A stretch of DNA of 64,000 nt from a virus (taxonomy: Duplodnaviria; Caudoviricetes): the IMG/VR virus record IMGVR_UViG_3300013296_000013, positions 1-64,000 of that record. One strand, 5' to 3'. Under the pieces are notes generated by a model. It worked only from the letters and a program-made list of their open reading frames with translations, was not told where the DNA came from and searched no databases. Positions 48,265 through 58,320 of the stretch are shown one piece after another. The first letter of the stretch is position 1. Every line of letters begins with the position of its first letter. A program made the translations under genes and the position numbers.

Positions 48265-49146
48265 ATGTCAGCAAACCTGCATGAGATGAACCTCTCGAAG
48301 CGGGCCGTGACGCCCAGTTCTATCACCGCGATGAACGTTCTCCAATACAACTCGGCTAATATGCCTGATTTCGATCCAAAGATGAACGATGAGATGATCT
48401 ATAATCATCTCAGGAAGACGTTCGAGCGCGTTGAGGACTATACCAGAAAAGCGTTTGATGGTCGTCTACGATCTCTCATCATACCAGGACCAGCGGGTGT
48501 TGGTAAGACCACACCGTTGGAAAATATGAAGGAAGAGGAAGACCCTGATAACCTTCGGTCTAGTATCATGTCAGGTTATGTTCGTGCTCCTTACCTCTAT
48601 CGCAACCTATACAAGTATCGTAATAGAGGATCTCTATTAGCGTTGGATGATGCTGATAGTGTCTGGAAGGACATGCAGTCGCTGAACCTTCTGAAGAAGG
48701 CGACCGATACTACTCGAGAGCGCTGGATCACGTATGGTTCGGACTACAAGATGGAGGACGAAGAGACCGGTGAGCAACTCCCCAAGCGCTTTTTGTTTGA
48801 GGGTGGGGTGATGTTCATGACAAATATGAACTTCGAAGCAGCCAAGCGCAATTCATCTCTTCAACCCCACATCACAGCGATGGAATCGAGGTCATTTGTA
48901 TTTGATCTCGGCATCAAGACCAAGCGTCACCTTCTTCTCTGCATATATTACTATGCTAATGAGAAGGGTTTGTTTGACCGATTTGGTCTGTCGAGAGAAG
49001 AATATAAGCCTATCCTCGATTTCATTACCAAGAACATACACCGACTTCGGGAGATCAGTCTTCGCACGGCTGTAAAGTGCGCACAACTGATGGAGCTCGA
49101 AGGTGACAACTGGCAGGATGCTGCTGAATTGATGTTATTCCAATGA
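48265..49146 (+). CDS. AAA+/P-loop ATPase
   Basis: GPAGVGKTT (Walker A), LLALDDAD (Walker B), MTN, ESRS; ATG 48265 after TTGGAG; promoter 48200-48228. Confidence 0.88.
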   Translation: MSANLHEMNLSKRAVTPSSITAMNVLQYNSANMPDFDPKMNDEMIYNHLRKTFERVEDYTRKAFDGRLRSLIIPGPAGVGKTTPLENMKEEEDPDNLRSSIMSGYVRAPYLYRNLYKYRNRGSLLALDDADSVWKDMQSLNLLKKATDTTRERWITYGSDYKMEDEETGEQLPKRFLFEGGVMFMTNMNFEAAKRNSSLQPHITAMESRSFVFDLGIKTKRHLLLCIYYYANEKGLFDRFGLSREEYKPILDFITKNIHRLREISLRTAVKCAQLMELEGDNWQDAAELMLFQ

Positions 49147-49235
49147 GTAATAAACCATCTGACCGAGATATCGCTGAAGCTATCGCGATCATCATATTGA
49201 TAATGGTGATCGTTGGGTTCGCCTGTTGGAGATGA
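49143..49235 (+). CDS. 30-aa membrane micropeptide
   Basis: MSNKPSDRDIAEAIAIIILIMVIVGFACWR; ATGA overlaps at both ends. Confidence 0.6.
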   Translation: MSNKPSDRDIAEAIAIIILIMVIVGFACWR

Positions 49236-50024
49236 TCATGCGTGAAAAGATATTGTATGGCGTGTGCATATTCTTATTGCTTATCGCCGCTACTGCCGCT
49301 ATAACTGCTCTCTATGAGAACTATCAAACATATTCGGATATTCGTGCTATGCGTATGAATAACCAGATGATCGCTGATAATATCAGAAAGACCAGCGGCG
49401 CCTGGCTCGATAAGACGTGTCGTGAGTATGACACCAAGGTACTTCATAAACATTGAGGAATTCGTCCGATGGGTTTGTTGACTTATCTCAAGAAGCGCGC
49501 TGCTGAACGACAACAGCGCGACTACGACAAGGCCAAGAATCGTTCTAATCTGATGGCTCGTGCCGACCATATTATGAACAAAAATGGTTGGGAAATCGAG
49601 TTCTTACCTGTCGACATCATCGGTGATCTATATGTCTTCGAAGTCTACCTCGGTGGTCAGTACATGGGTAATGCCGAACTCCACATGCCGAATTAAACCG
49701 TTTAAATCTGAGACCTTCTGAGAGGGATTTCTCCGGAACAATGTATCCTTCCATATAACTCGATTAGCCTCTCTGCATGGCCTAGAATAACAACCAGTTG
49801 ACATTTCTGGCCATATAGGGTATCCTATAATAAGAATGGATAATCATCTAAATACGATCGCTCTGAAACTCGTTGGAGTCGGAGGGCTGATCGTATTTGG
49901 TCTGCTTCTGCTTCTCATCGGTCTCTTCATCAAGATCTTCATAGTCGTTTGTCTGTTATCACTAAACATATGGCTCATAGTGCAGATAATTCGAGTCCAC
50001 AAACGTAAAGCAATAACTAAATGA
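49232..50024 (+). CDS. Small hypothetical proteins (49232-49456 TM, 49469-49696, 49836-50024 TM)
   Basis: ORF track; hydrophobic segments. Confidence 0.6.
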
Positions 50025-50160
50025 ATGAACGACTTCTAACACGTGACGAGTTCAGGCGAGGTGTTCACACTCGAGCGGCAGAGTCGTCTGCTAATTTTGC
50101 CTTGACATTTCCTGAACAGTAGTTTATAAGTGGCTCTTAGGTTCAACTTAAGAGTTATAA

Positions 50161-50448
50161 ATGATAGGTCACGCGTTTGACGGTACATACGGTCTTCAGG
50201 GTAAGACGTCTACCGGCACTACAGTAGCTTTCGCAGTCGGTCATCTGACCATCACCGAAGGCGCTACTCCGATCGAAGCTTGCTACGTCAAGATCACCGA
50301 TCCAGCCGGTAACGTCACTCTGGAGTCAGCTCTGAAGACTGAAACATTCGGTCTTCTCATGACACTCATTCACGAAGTATTTGTGGACGCAGTTCCACAG
50401 CCAGGCGAATCGCTGCCAAAATCAAAGATCATTCTACCAGGGAAGTAA
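50161..50448 (+). CDS. Hypothetical protein
   Basis: Follows TTGACA-17-TATAAG (50102-50130). Confidence 0.7.
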   Translation: MIGHAFDGTYGLQGKTSTGTTVAFAVGHLTITEGATPIEACYVKITDPAGNVTLESALKTETFGLLMTLIHEVFVDAVPQPGESLPKSKIILPGK

Positions 50449-50452
50449 TACG

Positions 50453-51298
50453 ATGCGCTCCGATATGAAGAAACTCCTGTGCGAAGAACCGCGCCGAGGT
50501 GGCGGTAACGCGCGCAAGGGACGCGACTATCGGAGCTATGACGACATGCCTTTCCGCGAGGGTATGTCGATGCGTAGTCGTCGCTTGAAGGGTGCCGGCA
50601 AAGAGTTCGGTGAACACCTTCAGCCGCTTAAGCGCTACATCGAGAAGCAGGTTGGTCGTCCTTGGGACAAGGTCTACTCTGAGATCAAAGAGTCGATGGG
50701 TTCTGGACAGACCCCAGTCGAGTCGCACATCTTCGAGCACCTCGAGGGTTACATCGCGATTAAGGTCGTCAAGTGCGATATCAGCGAGTCCAACACCGGC
50801 ATGGTTCATCACTACGTCCTCGGATCGTGTGGCTATGACTATCGTCGTAAGGTATATCCTGGCGATCTCTTCGTCGATCCCGCGAGCGGCATCATCAAGC
50901 GCGCTAAGTCACTCAAACCACAGCCTAAGAAGCTTCCGCCTCTTAAGGACTGGCGCGATATCAGTGACAAGCTCTTTGTAAACAAGATCGATGGAATCTG
51001 GTACGGCTGGGACAAGTACGCGGTCACCACCACACACCGATGGATGTGGAATTCTTCTACGCCTAAGGAAGATCGTAACGGTGCAAATCACAGCAACGTC
51101 GACTACGGTCACTGGATTAAGTTCTTCGTTATCAATGGCAATGATCACCTGAGCGTGCCTCAGCATAACGGCCCTGGTCCCAATTCGGATTACATCCGTC
51201 GTTGGCCGTACACCAGGATCTATAAGACGGCTTACATGAATAAGCGTCAGCTGAACGCTACTGAGCTTCGAAAGTATAATCTGAAAAATGATAGATAA
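50453..51298 (+). CDS. Conserved basic hypothetical protein
   Basis: MRSDMKKLLCEEPR...EHLQPLKRYIEKQVGRPWDKVYSEI...LFVDP.SGII...KRQL; resembles a widespread bacterial hypothetical family. Confidence 0.8.
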   Translation: MRSDMKKLLCEEPRRGGGNARKGRDYRSYDDMPFREGMSMRSRRLKGAGKEFGEHLQPLKRYIEKQVGRPWDKVYSEIKESMGSGQTPVESHIFEHLEGYIAIKVVKCDISESNTGMVHHYVLGSCGYDYRRKVYPGDLFVDPASGIIKRAKSLKPQPKKLPPLKDWRDISDKLFVNKIDGIWYGWDKYAVTTTHRWMWNSSTPKEDRNGANHSNVDYGHWIKFFVINGNDHLSVPQHNGPGPNSDYIRRWPYTRIYKTAYMNKRQLNATELRKYNLKNDR

Positions 51299-52028
51299 AC
51301 TGAAGATCATAGCTGGTGCTTCTATATTAGCGCACATTATTGCTTGCTTGTCGATGAATTTGTTCTATCGCATAGACATCCATAACACTCAGTGGGACTA
51401 CTTTGCGTGTTTGATGGGAGCGATCATCGCTTACGCATATTTCGAGAAGAGGGGATGGACTAATGACGATGAAGAGAGTTTATCTGAAATCAGCTCCCTC
51501 GAATCACGATCAAATGAAACCGAACCTCTGGATACACATCTGGGAAGCTAAGCGATTTCATCGATCGCGCATTCCACAGAGGATGTGGTCATTCAGTTAT
51601 TCATGGACTGGTCGATGGCACAGGACTCGCAAGATCGACATTCCAGCAATGAAGAATAAACCAATAGGTGGATATGGAAGACGACCTAATCGATGATCTA
51701 ATCTTAGCGTTTCTACTACAAGAAAATGATCACATCGAGACGCGCCAAGATCTGGAGACATCTAAGCAGAGCGTAGCTTGGTTTACGAATGGCCTAAGTG
51801 AAATTCAACGAGAAGCTAACAAGCCTATTGGTGATATTAGGTGGACTAGAATGTTAGTTCGTTCGATGGGTGAGACAGCCGACAATACTATAAAGCGCGA
51901 CGCTGATAGTACAGCTCCAATCATCATTCGAAAGGAGAAGTGATATGAACTTTCTTCGTCAATATCCAGAATTTTATCCGATCTATTTCTGCGTTCTAGG
52001 ATTAGCATTGGTATGGTTATTGTTCTAA
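51288..52028 (+). CDS. Small hypothetical proteins (51288-51551 TM, 51463-51696, 51674-51943, 27-aa TM peptide 51945-52028)
   Basis: Overlapping packed ORFs; MNFLRQYPEFYPIYFCVLGLALVWLLF has an AAGGAG RBS. Confidence 0.55.
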
Positions 52029-52384
52029 TACTGCTTCTGTTTACGAAGCACTTCATATTCGACTTTGTATACCAACCACCATACCAGTGGCAGAACAAAG
52101 GCACCTATGGACACTGGGGCGGGCTTGTCCATGCTCTGCAACATGGTATTGCCACATGGCTAATCCTGGCCATTTATATTCCGTGGTACTCAGCCGCCCT
52201 TCTCTGTGCCCTAGAGATGGCATTCCATTACCACATAGATTACTTCAAGATGAATATCAATAGAATCTATGGATGGAAGTGCAATACGCACAATGAGTTC
52301 TGGATACTGACTGGGGCTGATCAGTATCTGCATGCTCTTACGTATATCTGGATCGTTTGGGAGGTGACTCGTGTACACGTTTGA
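52013..52384 (+). CDS. DUF3307-like membrane protein
   Basis: KHFIFDFVYQ...K...H...H...HYHIDYFK...FW...GADQYLH. Confidence 0.8.
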   Translation: MVIVLILLLFTKHFIFDFVYQPPYQWQNKGTYGHWGGLVHALQHGIATWLILAIYIPWYSAALLCALEMAFHYHIDYFKMNINRIYGWKCNTHNEFWILTGADQYLHALTYIWIVWEVTRVHV

Positions 52385-53033
52385 CAGCAAGTATAAGGTC
52401 GGTGCTTCGTTTAGCGAGGGATATCATGAGAACCACGTGAAGAACGAACCAATGTTCTTCAATTCGTCTATCGAATTCGCGATCACACGAGGAGGACGAA
52501 TCACTAGAGATTTCCTCACGACTTTCTTAAACGACAATCCATATTACGATGAAGACCGTTATGTCTTCGACAGTCGGGTGCATATGCTGATGCCCGGTTG
52601 GTTTCCGTGCATCCCGGGTTTCCATCACGATGACGTTCCTCGACAGACTAGCAATGGCCAGCCAGATTACGACAGCCCTTCTTATCGTGCTAACCATTGT
52701 CTTGGGTTGGTCAATGGCGATATTTGTCCTACTCAGTTTGCTACTGGTCGTGCCGATTTTTCACGCGTTCCGGACGATGTGATCGTCTATAAACAATGGC
52801 ATCTAGAAGTAGAAGAGAAGATTAAGAATGGCGAACTTGAAAGATCTAGCGCGCCGAGTAATAAGCTCGTCTACTTCAATGATCGGACATGGCATCAAGG
52901 TGTACGCACCAGAGCTGGCGGTTGGCGTTGGTTTGGTCGTGTCAGTTGGGATACTGACCGCGTTAAAAGGATCTCTAACGAGATCAGACAGCAGGTCCAA
53001 GTCTACCTTGAGTTCCCACTCGAAGGATGGTGA
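52371..53033 (+). CDS. Putative 2OG-Fe(II) dioxygenase-fold protein
   Basis: PGFHHDDVP...TWHQG...WRWFGR (HxD...H...R). Confidence 0.6.
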   Translation: MYTFDSKYKVGASFSEGYHENHVKNEPMFFNSSIEFAITRGGRITRDFLTTFLNDNPYYDEDRYVFDSRVHMLMPGWFPCIPGFHHDDVPRQTSNGQPDYDSPSYRANHCLGLVNGDICPTQFATGRADFSRVPDDVIVYKQWHLEVEEKIKNGELERSSAPSNKLVYFNDRTWHQGVRTRAGGWRWFGRVSWDTDRVKRISNEIRQQVQVYLEFPLEGW

Positions 53034-53035
53034 TA

Positions 53036-53602
53036 TTACTGAATCGGATATCCCGAAGTAATATCGATATTATTCAGCTGATCTAGGTTAGTAGCAGAAT
53101 AGATCTGATTTCTAATGACTGATGCTGAGTATTGGCACTGCAATACGTATTTCGCAACTGTTGATCCTAATTGTATCGCATCATTGGCATTTAGATCTGC
53201 GATACTATTATCTTCCATCGTAAACTTAACATCAAACTGATCATTATTCATTAATGACGCTATAGCTGATGTTGTTATGATATTGATATTATTACGATCA
53301 GATAGAGAAGTTTGAACGCGACCGAATGGTGTCATACAACCTATAGATTTACGCTGTTCACGATAATCTTTGGCTCGAGCCCAGAGTTTATCTCTTTCAT
53401 CGTCGATATTGATATGATATGAAAAACTAGTTCCACCGTGCCATATCATACCGATGTCACAAAACATATCGTCTGGAATGATGACAGCTGATCCAACATG
53501 TGGATCGTTTGGTAGGTCGATTGGGTTATTATTTTCATCTACGTCTATTAGTCGTATTGAAATTACGGTTTGCCCATCACTGTCTATTAACGCTTGTCTC
53601 AT
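53036..53602 (-). CDS. DUF4376-like tail fibre assembly protein
   Basis: FGRVQTS..DR.NI...FTMEDNS...L.A...QLG...IDITSGYP; downstream of a fibre gene. Confidence 0.75.
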   Translation of the reverse strand: MRQALIDSDGQTVISIRLIDVDENNNPIDLPNDPHVGSAVIIPDDMFCDIGMIWHGGTSFSYHINIDDERDKLWARAKDYREQRKSIGCMTPFGRVQTSLSDRNNINIITTSAIASLMNNDQFDVKFTMEDNSIADLNANDAIQLGSTVAKYVLQCQYSASVIRNQIYSATNLDQLNNIDITSGYPIQ

Positions 53603-53611
53603 TTTAATTCC

Positions 53612-55924
53612 TTAGAAAAATTCGGTGATGAACGCATAGCCGGCTCCGCCTGTACCGCCGCTTCCTGCTACAGCTGTTCCGAATACTACAGGGCCACCAC
53701 CGCCGCCACCGCCACCGCATATCTGGCCGTTTCCGCCGTTTCCGCCGTTAGTAGTACCGTTGATGGTTCCTCGGCCACCTCCACCTCCACATCCTAGTAA
53801 GTTAGTGGGAGTTCCTGATATCGTTCCGCCGTTAGCTCCTAGAGTACCGGCGCCAGCTCCACCGGCTATCGAATTAGATCCACCACCAGCTGCTCCTGAT
53901 GAGGCTGTTGGAGTTGTAGACATTCCGCCACCGGAACCGCCTCCAGCACCGCCAAACAAACCGCTATAACCACCGCCTCCAGCACCGCCAGAGATACATC
54001 CGCCTCCAGCACCGCCCATAGTTCCAGCGGATGATGCACCACCATTCGTTCCAGCTGTACCACCGCCTAATCCAGCGACGCTGTTTGATGTTCCTCCGTT
54101 TCCTCCAGCACCACTGTATCCAGCAGAAGCACCGCCAGTAGCGTTGTTAGCTCCAACACCTCCTCCGCCGCCTCCGCCGCCGCCGTATGCTACTAGATAT
54201 GTGCCAAACGACGTAGATCCACCAGTTGCTCCAACAGCACCATTTGCCGCTGTGGCACTTCCAGTTCCGCCAGATCCTCCAGCACCAATAGTGACTGTTA
54301 CTGGAAATGATAATGACGCTACGTCAAAGAACATAAGAGCTTTAGCACCACCGCCACCGCCACCGCCACCGGTTCCAGCCGTTCCAGATGCTACGGTAGC
54401 TCCAGCTCCTCCGCCGCCACCAGCTCCGACTATAGAAACACGTATAACTTTAGCGCCTGTCGTTGGTGTATAACTTTGGGTTGATGTAATGGTAACATCA
54501 TTAGTTGATCCACCACTTCCACCACCAGCCGATCCAGTGTAACCAGTAGCACCGATAGATCCAGTAAAACCAGCACCCTGCGATCCGGTGTAGCCGATGC
54601 CTCCAATAGATCCAACGTATCCAAGAGCGCCAATAGATCCAGTAAATCCAGCTCCCTGCGATCCCGTGTACCCTAGATCACCGATAGAGCCTACGAATCC
54701 TGTAGAACCAATCGATCCAGTGAAGCCTGCACCCTGTGATCCGGTATAACCCAGCGAACCTATTGATCCATTATATCCAGTAGCGCCCTGAGATCCTGTG
54801 TAGCCTAGAGCTCCGATAGAACCGTTATATCCAGTCGCTCCGATAGAACCAGTGAAGCCCGCACCCTGTGATCCGGTATAACCTAGAGCACCGATAGAAC
54901 CAGAGAAACCAATATTACCGATACTACCGGTGAAACCGGTGGTTCCAATAGATCCGTTATAACCAGTGATGCCTTGTGAACCAGTATAACCTATTGAACC
55001 GATGGATCCAGTAAATCCGATAGAACCAGTGTATCCGATACTACCTGTGTAGCCTAGAGCACCTATCGACCCGCTGAAACCGGCACCCTGTGATCCTGTA
55101 TAACCTACACTTCCAGTATATCCTAACGATCCGATAGAACCGGCATATCCTAGAGCACCTATCGATCCGGTGAAGCCAGTCGAACCATTAAAGCCCGTAG
55201 TTCCGTATGATCCAGTAAATCCGATACTACCAATAGAGCCGGTAAAGCCAGTAGCGCCGATAGAACCAGTATATCCGATACTACCTGTGTAGCCTAGAGC
55301 TCCGATAGAACCAGTGAAGCCCGCACCCTGTGATCCAGTGTAGCCGATAGAGCCATTAAAGCCTGTCGAACCTATCGATCCGGTGAAACCAATAGATCCG
55401 GTGAAACCAATAGATCCGATAGATCCATTAAATCCTGTAGCGCCGATAGATCCATTAAATCCTGTAGAGCCGATAGATCCAACGTAACCAATACTTCCAC
55501 TGTAACCAAGAGATCCAGTGAAGCCGATTAATCCGATCGAACCATTAAATCCCGCTCCAGTCGATCCTGTAAATCCGATAGAACCAGTGTATCCGATAGA
55601 ACCAGTTGATCCCTGTGATCCAGTATAACCTAGCGAACCGATCGAACCGTTGAAACCGACAGGACCAACAGGACCTATCGATCCACTATAGCCAATAGAA
55701 CCAAACGAACCATTATATCCTGTGGCGCCCTGTGATCCAGTATATCCGATACTACCTGTGTAGCCTAGAGCTCCGATAGAACCGTTATATCCAGTCGCTC
55801 CGATAGAACCAGAAAAACCGCGTAAAGCAGAAGCTACCACCGTAGAATATGTTGTAGATGCTGGAACAATCACTCTCTCATTTAAAGGAGTGATTGAAAT
55901 GTTAAACGTATTAGAAGATGTCAT
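53612..55924 (-). CDS. Collagen-like fibre with glycine-rich C-terminal domain
   Basis: About 430 aa of continuous Gly-X-Y (G[YF][TN]GS[IQ]) followed by VGAGGGGG...TSFG..LVAYGGGGG. Confidence 0.9.
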   Translation of the reverse strand: MTSSNTFNISITPLNERVIVPASTTYSTVVASALRGFSGSIGATGYNGSIGALGYTGSIGYTGSQGATGYNGSFGSIGYSGSIGPVGPVGFNGSIGSLGYTGSQGSTGSIGYTGSIGFTGSTGAGFNGSIGLIGFTGSLGYSGSIGYVGSIGSTGFNGSIGATGFNGSIGSIGFTGSIGFTGSIGSTGFNGSIGYTGSQGAGFTGSIGALGYTGSIGYTGSIGATGFTGSIGSIGFTGSYGTTGFNGSTGFTGSIGALGYAGSIGSLGYTGSVGYTGSQGAGFSGSIGALGYTGSIGYTGSIGFTGSIGSIGYTGSQGITGYNGSIGTTGFTGSIGNIGFSGSIGALGYTGSQGAGFTGSIGATGYNGSIGALGYTGSQGATGYNGSIGSLGYTGSQGAGFTGSIGSTGFVGSIGDLGYTGSQGAGFTGSIGALGYVGSIGGIGYTGSQGAGFTGSIGATGYTGSAGGGSGGSTNDVTITSTQSYTPTTGAKVIRVSIVGAGGGGGAGATVASGTAGTGGGGGGGGAKALMFFDVASLSFPVTVTIGAGGSGGTGSATAANGAVGATGGSTSFGTYLVAYGGGGGGGGGVGANNATGGASAGYSGAGGNGGTSNSVAGLGGGTAGTNGGASSAGTMGGAGGGCISGGAGGGGYSGLFGGAGGGSGGGMSTTPTASSGAAGGGSNSIAGGAGAGTLGANGGTISGTPTNLLGCGGGGGRGTINGTTNGGNGGNGQICGGGGGGGGPVVFGTAVAGSGGTGGAGYAFITEFF

Positions 55925-56234
55925 CTTCGACCTTTACATCGACTAGAGTGGTGAGAGTTAATGATCCATCGTTTTTAGATGCTCTGATTATTAGAACATA
56001 TCCTGTTCCATCTGTTCTAAGCATCGCGGTATTTTGAGAAGATATCTCAAATTGAGCACCATTAGCAGTTAATGATGTTGTTAGATCGAAAGGAGATGGC
56101 CCTCTATCAGTTTGATAACGCAGTGATGCTTGTGCATACCAAGTTCCATCTGATACATCTATCGTTGTTCCATCGTCTATAAAAGACACCAGGAAACCTA
56201 TGTCTTGTCCACGTATAAATTTTATTACAGACAT
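55911..56234 (-). CDS. Hypothetical late protein (possible fibre adaptor)
   Basis: TATAAATA promoter upstream; overlaps the fibre start. Confidence 0.65.
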   Translation of the reverse strand: MSVIKFIRGQDIGFLVSFIDDGTTIDVSDGTWYAQASLRYQTDRGPSPFDLTTSLTANGAQFEISSQNTAMLRTDGTGYVLIIRASKNDGSLTLTTLVDVKVEDDIF

Positions 56235-56304
56235 AATCGTTCCCTAGTTATGTTTACAATATTTATAAGTTGACATTTTAGTCATATTTTGATAGGATAC
56301 ATAT

Positions 56305-57459
56305 ATGCTATACGAAACTATCTATAAGCGCACTTCAAGTGGTAAGGTTCAAGTTTGGACCGCCGAAGTTGAAGGCGATAAGTACCGTACCATCTCTGGC
56401 CAAGAGGACGGAAAGAAAGTACCGTCCGAATGGACTATCGCTAAACCAAAGAACACTGGCAAAGCTAATGCTACGACCGGAGAGCAGCAAGCCGTCGCCG
56501 AAGTCGAAGCGATGTATGCTAAGAAACTAGCTCGAGAATATCGTAAGACCAAAGATAATATCGACGAAAAATACTACACCAAACCTATGCTAGCTGACGG
56601 TTGGAAAGATCCAAAGAAGCGTCCAGCTATTGGTGTAGAGATAATAGTACAACCCAAACTAGACGGCATGCGTTGTCTCACGTCTGAAGAGCGTGGACCG
56701 CGAAGCCGTGATGGCAAGCTCATTCCAGGCGCTCCTCATATCACTGATCATCTTCGTGAAAGCGGTATCTGGGAGATCGAAGGGCTAGAACTGGATGGCG
56801 AACTCTACAATCATGAGTATCGTGAGAAGTTCGAAGAGCTTATCTCCGCACTGAAGAAAGAACCAGAGACCGAAGAACAATATGCTCGTGCTCGTAGTGT
56901 CGTTCAGTATCATCTCTACGATATCGCATCATCTAAGAAAGACTATGCTGTCTACGATTCTAATGGAGCTCTGATTGATGGTCGTCTCTATGATCTAAAA
57001 GAGATTCATCACAAATATCTGAGTGGATATGGTGATATGTTCCAGGTCACATATTCTGACTTCATTAAGATGAATGAAGAAGGTGTTGGAAATCTAACCG
57101 AAGAGTATTTGAACGACAAGTACGAAGGTGCTATGGTTAGAGTTGCTGCTTCTAAGTACGAGAACAAGCGCTCTAAGAGTCTTCTTAAGGTTAAGCCGAT
57201 GGAAGACGGAGAGTTCAAGATCCTCGATATCGAGGAAGGTAAGGGTAACTGGACTGGATACGCTAAGGTCGTATACATCGAGATGCCAAACGGTCAGCGC
57301 TGTAAATCAGGTGTCAAAGGTAATCAAGCGTACTGTAAAGAGCTTCTCGAAAAGAAAGACGAAGCTATCGGTAAGCTTGGTACCGTAACTTACTTGCGTT
57401 TCACTAACGATGGTATGCTGTATCTACCTGTTTTTAAAGGTGTACGCTGGGACGCGTGA
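56305..57459 (+). CDS. gp30: ATP-dependent DNA ligase
   Basis: KPMLA, QPKLDGMRC, LDGELY, YEGAMVR, KRSKSLLKVK. Confidence 0.96.
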   Translation: MLYETIYKRTSSGKVQVWTAEVEGDKYRTISGQEDGKKVPSEWTIAKPKNTGKANATTGEQQAVAEVEAMYAKKLAREYRKTKDNIDEKYYTKPMLADGWKDPKKRPAIGVEIIVQPKLDGMRCLTSEERGPRSRDGKLIPGAPHITDHLRESGIWEIEGLELDGELYNHEYREKFEELISALKKEPETEEQYARARSVVQYHLYDIASSKKDYAVYDSNGALIDGRLYDLKEIHHKYLSGYGDMFQVTYSDFIKMNEEGVGNLTEEYLNDKYEGAMVRVAASKYENKRSKSLLKVKPMEDGEFKILDIEEGKGNWTGYAKVVYIEMPNGQRCKSGVKGNQAYCKELLEKKDEAIGKLGTVTYLRFTNDGMLYLPVFKGVRWDA

Positions 57460-57466
57460 TATCGAT

Positions 57467-57892
57467 TTACGTGTGATTAGACTGAATCTCACAGTTCCAG
57501 TTATTACTAGAACCGCCTGAAGAACCAGTGACGGTAAAAAGTACATCTAAGTCGATACTTTTACCAGCGCCTACTCGAAACTGAACTGCTGTTCCAGACC
57601 CACCGTTTGATATATTGGTTCCATAATTTATGCTATTAGCTGGAAAACCACTCCATGTCCAAGTAGCACTTTGAGAACAGTTTAGAGTTATATACGTGTT
57701 CCCTGTTCCAATAGCTAGCTGATCACCAGTGGGACTAAATGTTATATTAGATTTGCCATAAAAATTACTAAAAGACAAAGGTCCTGTAGACGGTGTTCCA
57801 CCCTTTCCTCGTAGCGGTGTCATATCGGTCGCTGTTCCGAATTCAGCAGCTATCTGACTTAACTTAATAGTGCCTGATGATTGAAGTGTCAT
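57467..57892 (-). CDS. Putative fibre-tip/adhesin-like virion protein
   Basis: MTLQSSG.I.LSQI..EFG...GPLSFSNFYGKS N-terminal motif seen in phage fibre-tip proteins. Confidence 0.55.
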   Translation of the reverse strand: MTLQSSGTIKLSQIAAEFGTATDMTPLRGKGGTPSTGPLSFSNFYGKSNITFSPTGDQLAIGTGNTYITLNCSQSATWTWSGFPANSINYGTNISNGGSGTAVQFRVGAGKSIDLDVLFTVTGSSGGSSNNWNCEIQSNHT

Positions 57893-58311
57893 TATCGTAT
57901 TCTCTTAAGAACAGTTGAAAAGTTTAAAAGGTCAGACGGAGCATTTTTTAAAGCAAACGTGATAGTTATGTCGTAATGATTATTGTCTTCATTTGGAACA
58001 ACCTGAGACATGATAAGAATAACTCTCGGTTCGTGCTGTGTGACAGTAGTCTTTATAGCTTCTTTGATAAGATCGATAGTGACGTCATCCATCGGCTCAA
58101 ATAATAGATGTCGAATCCGAGACCCAATATCAGATTGAAATGGGCGCTCTCCTAGATTCGTTAAGATTAAATTCTTCATGGCACGAATAACAGATCGCTC
58201 ATTGACTACACGCGCCAGTTCACCGCTGATCGGATTACGATCAAAATTAATCAAGAAATCTGAATAATATTCTTGTTGTTTAGTTCGTGGTGTAATACGA
58301 TCTGCGCGCAT
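57892..58311 (-). CDS. gp25: Baseplate wedge subunit
   Basis: YSDF...NLILTNLGERPFQSDIGS....LLFE...HEPRV. Confidence 0.95.
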   Translation of the reverse strand: MRADRITPRTKQQEYYSDFLINFDRNPISGELARVVNERSVIRAMKNLILTNLGERPFQSDIGSRIRHLLFEPMDDVTIDLIKEAIKTTVTQHEPRVILIMSQVVPNEDNNHYDITITFALKNAPSDLLNFSTVLKRIR

Positions 58312-58320
58312 TTAAATTCC

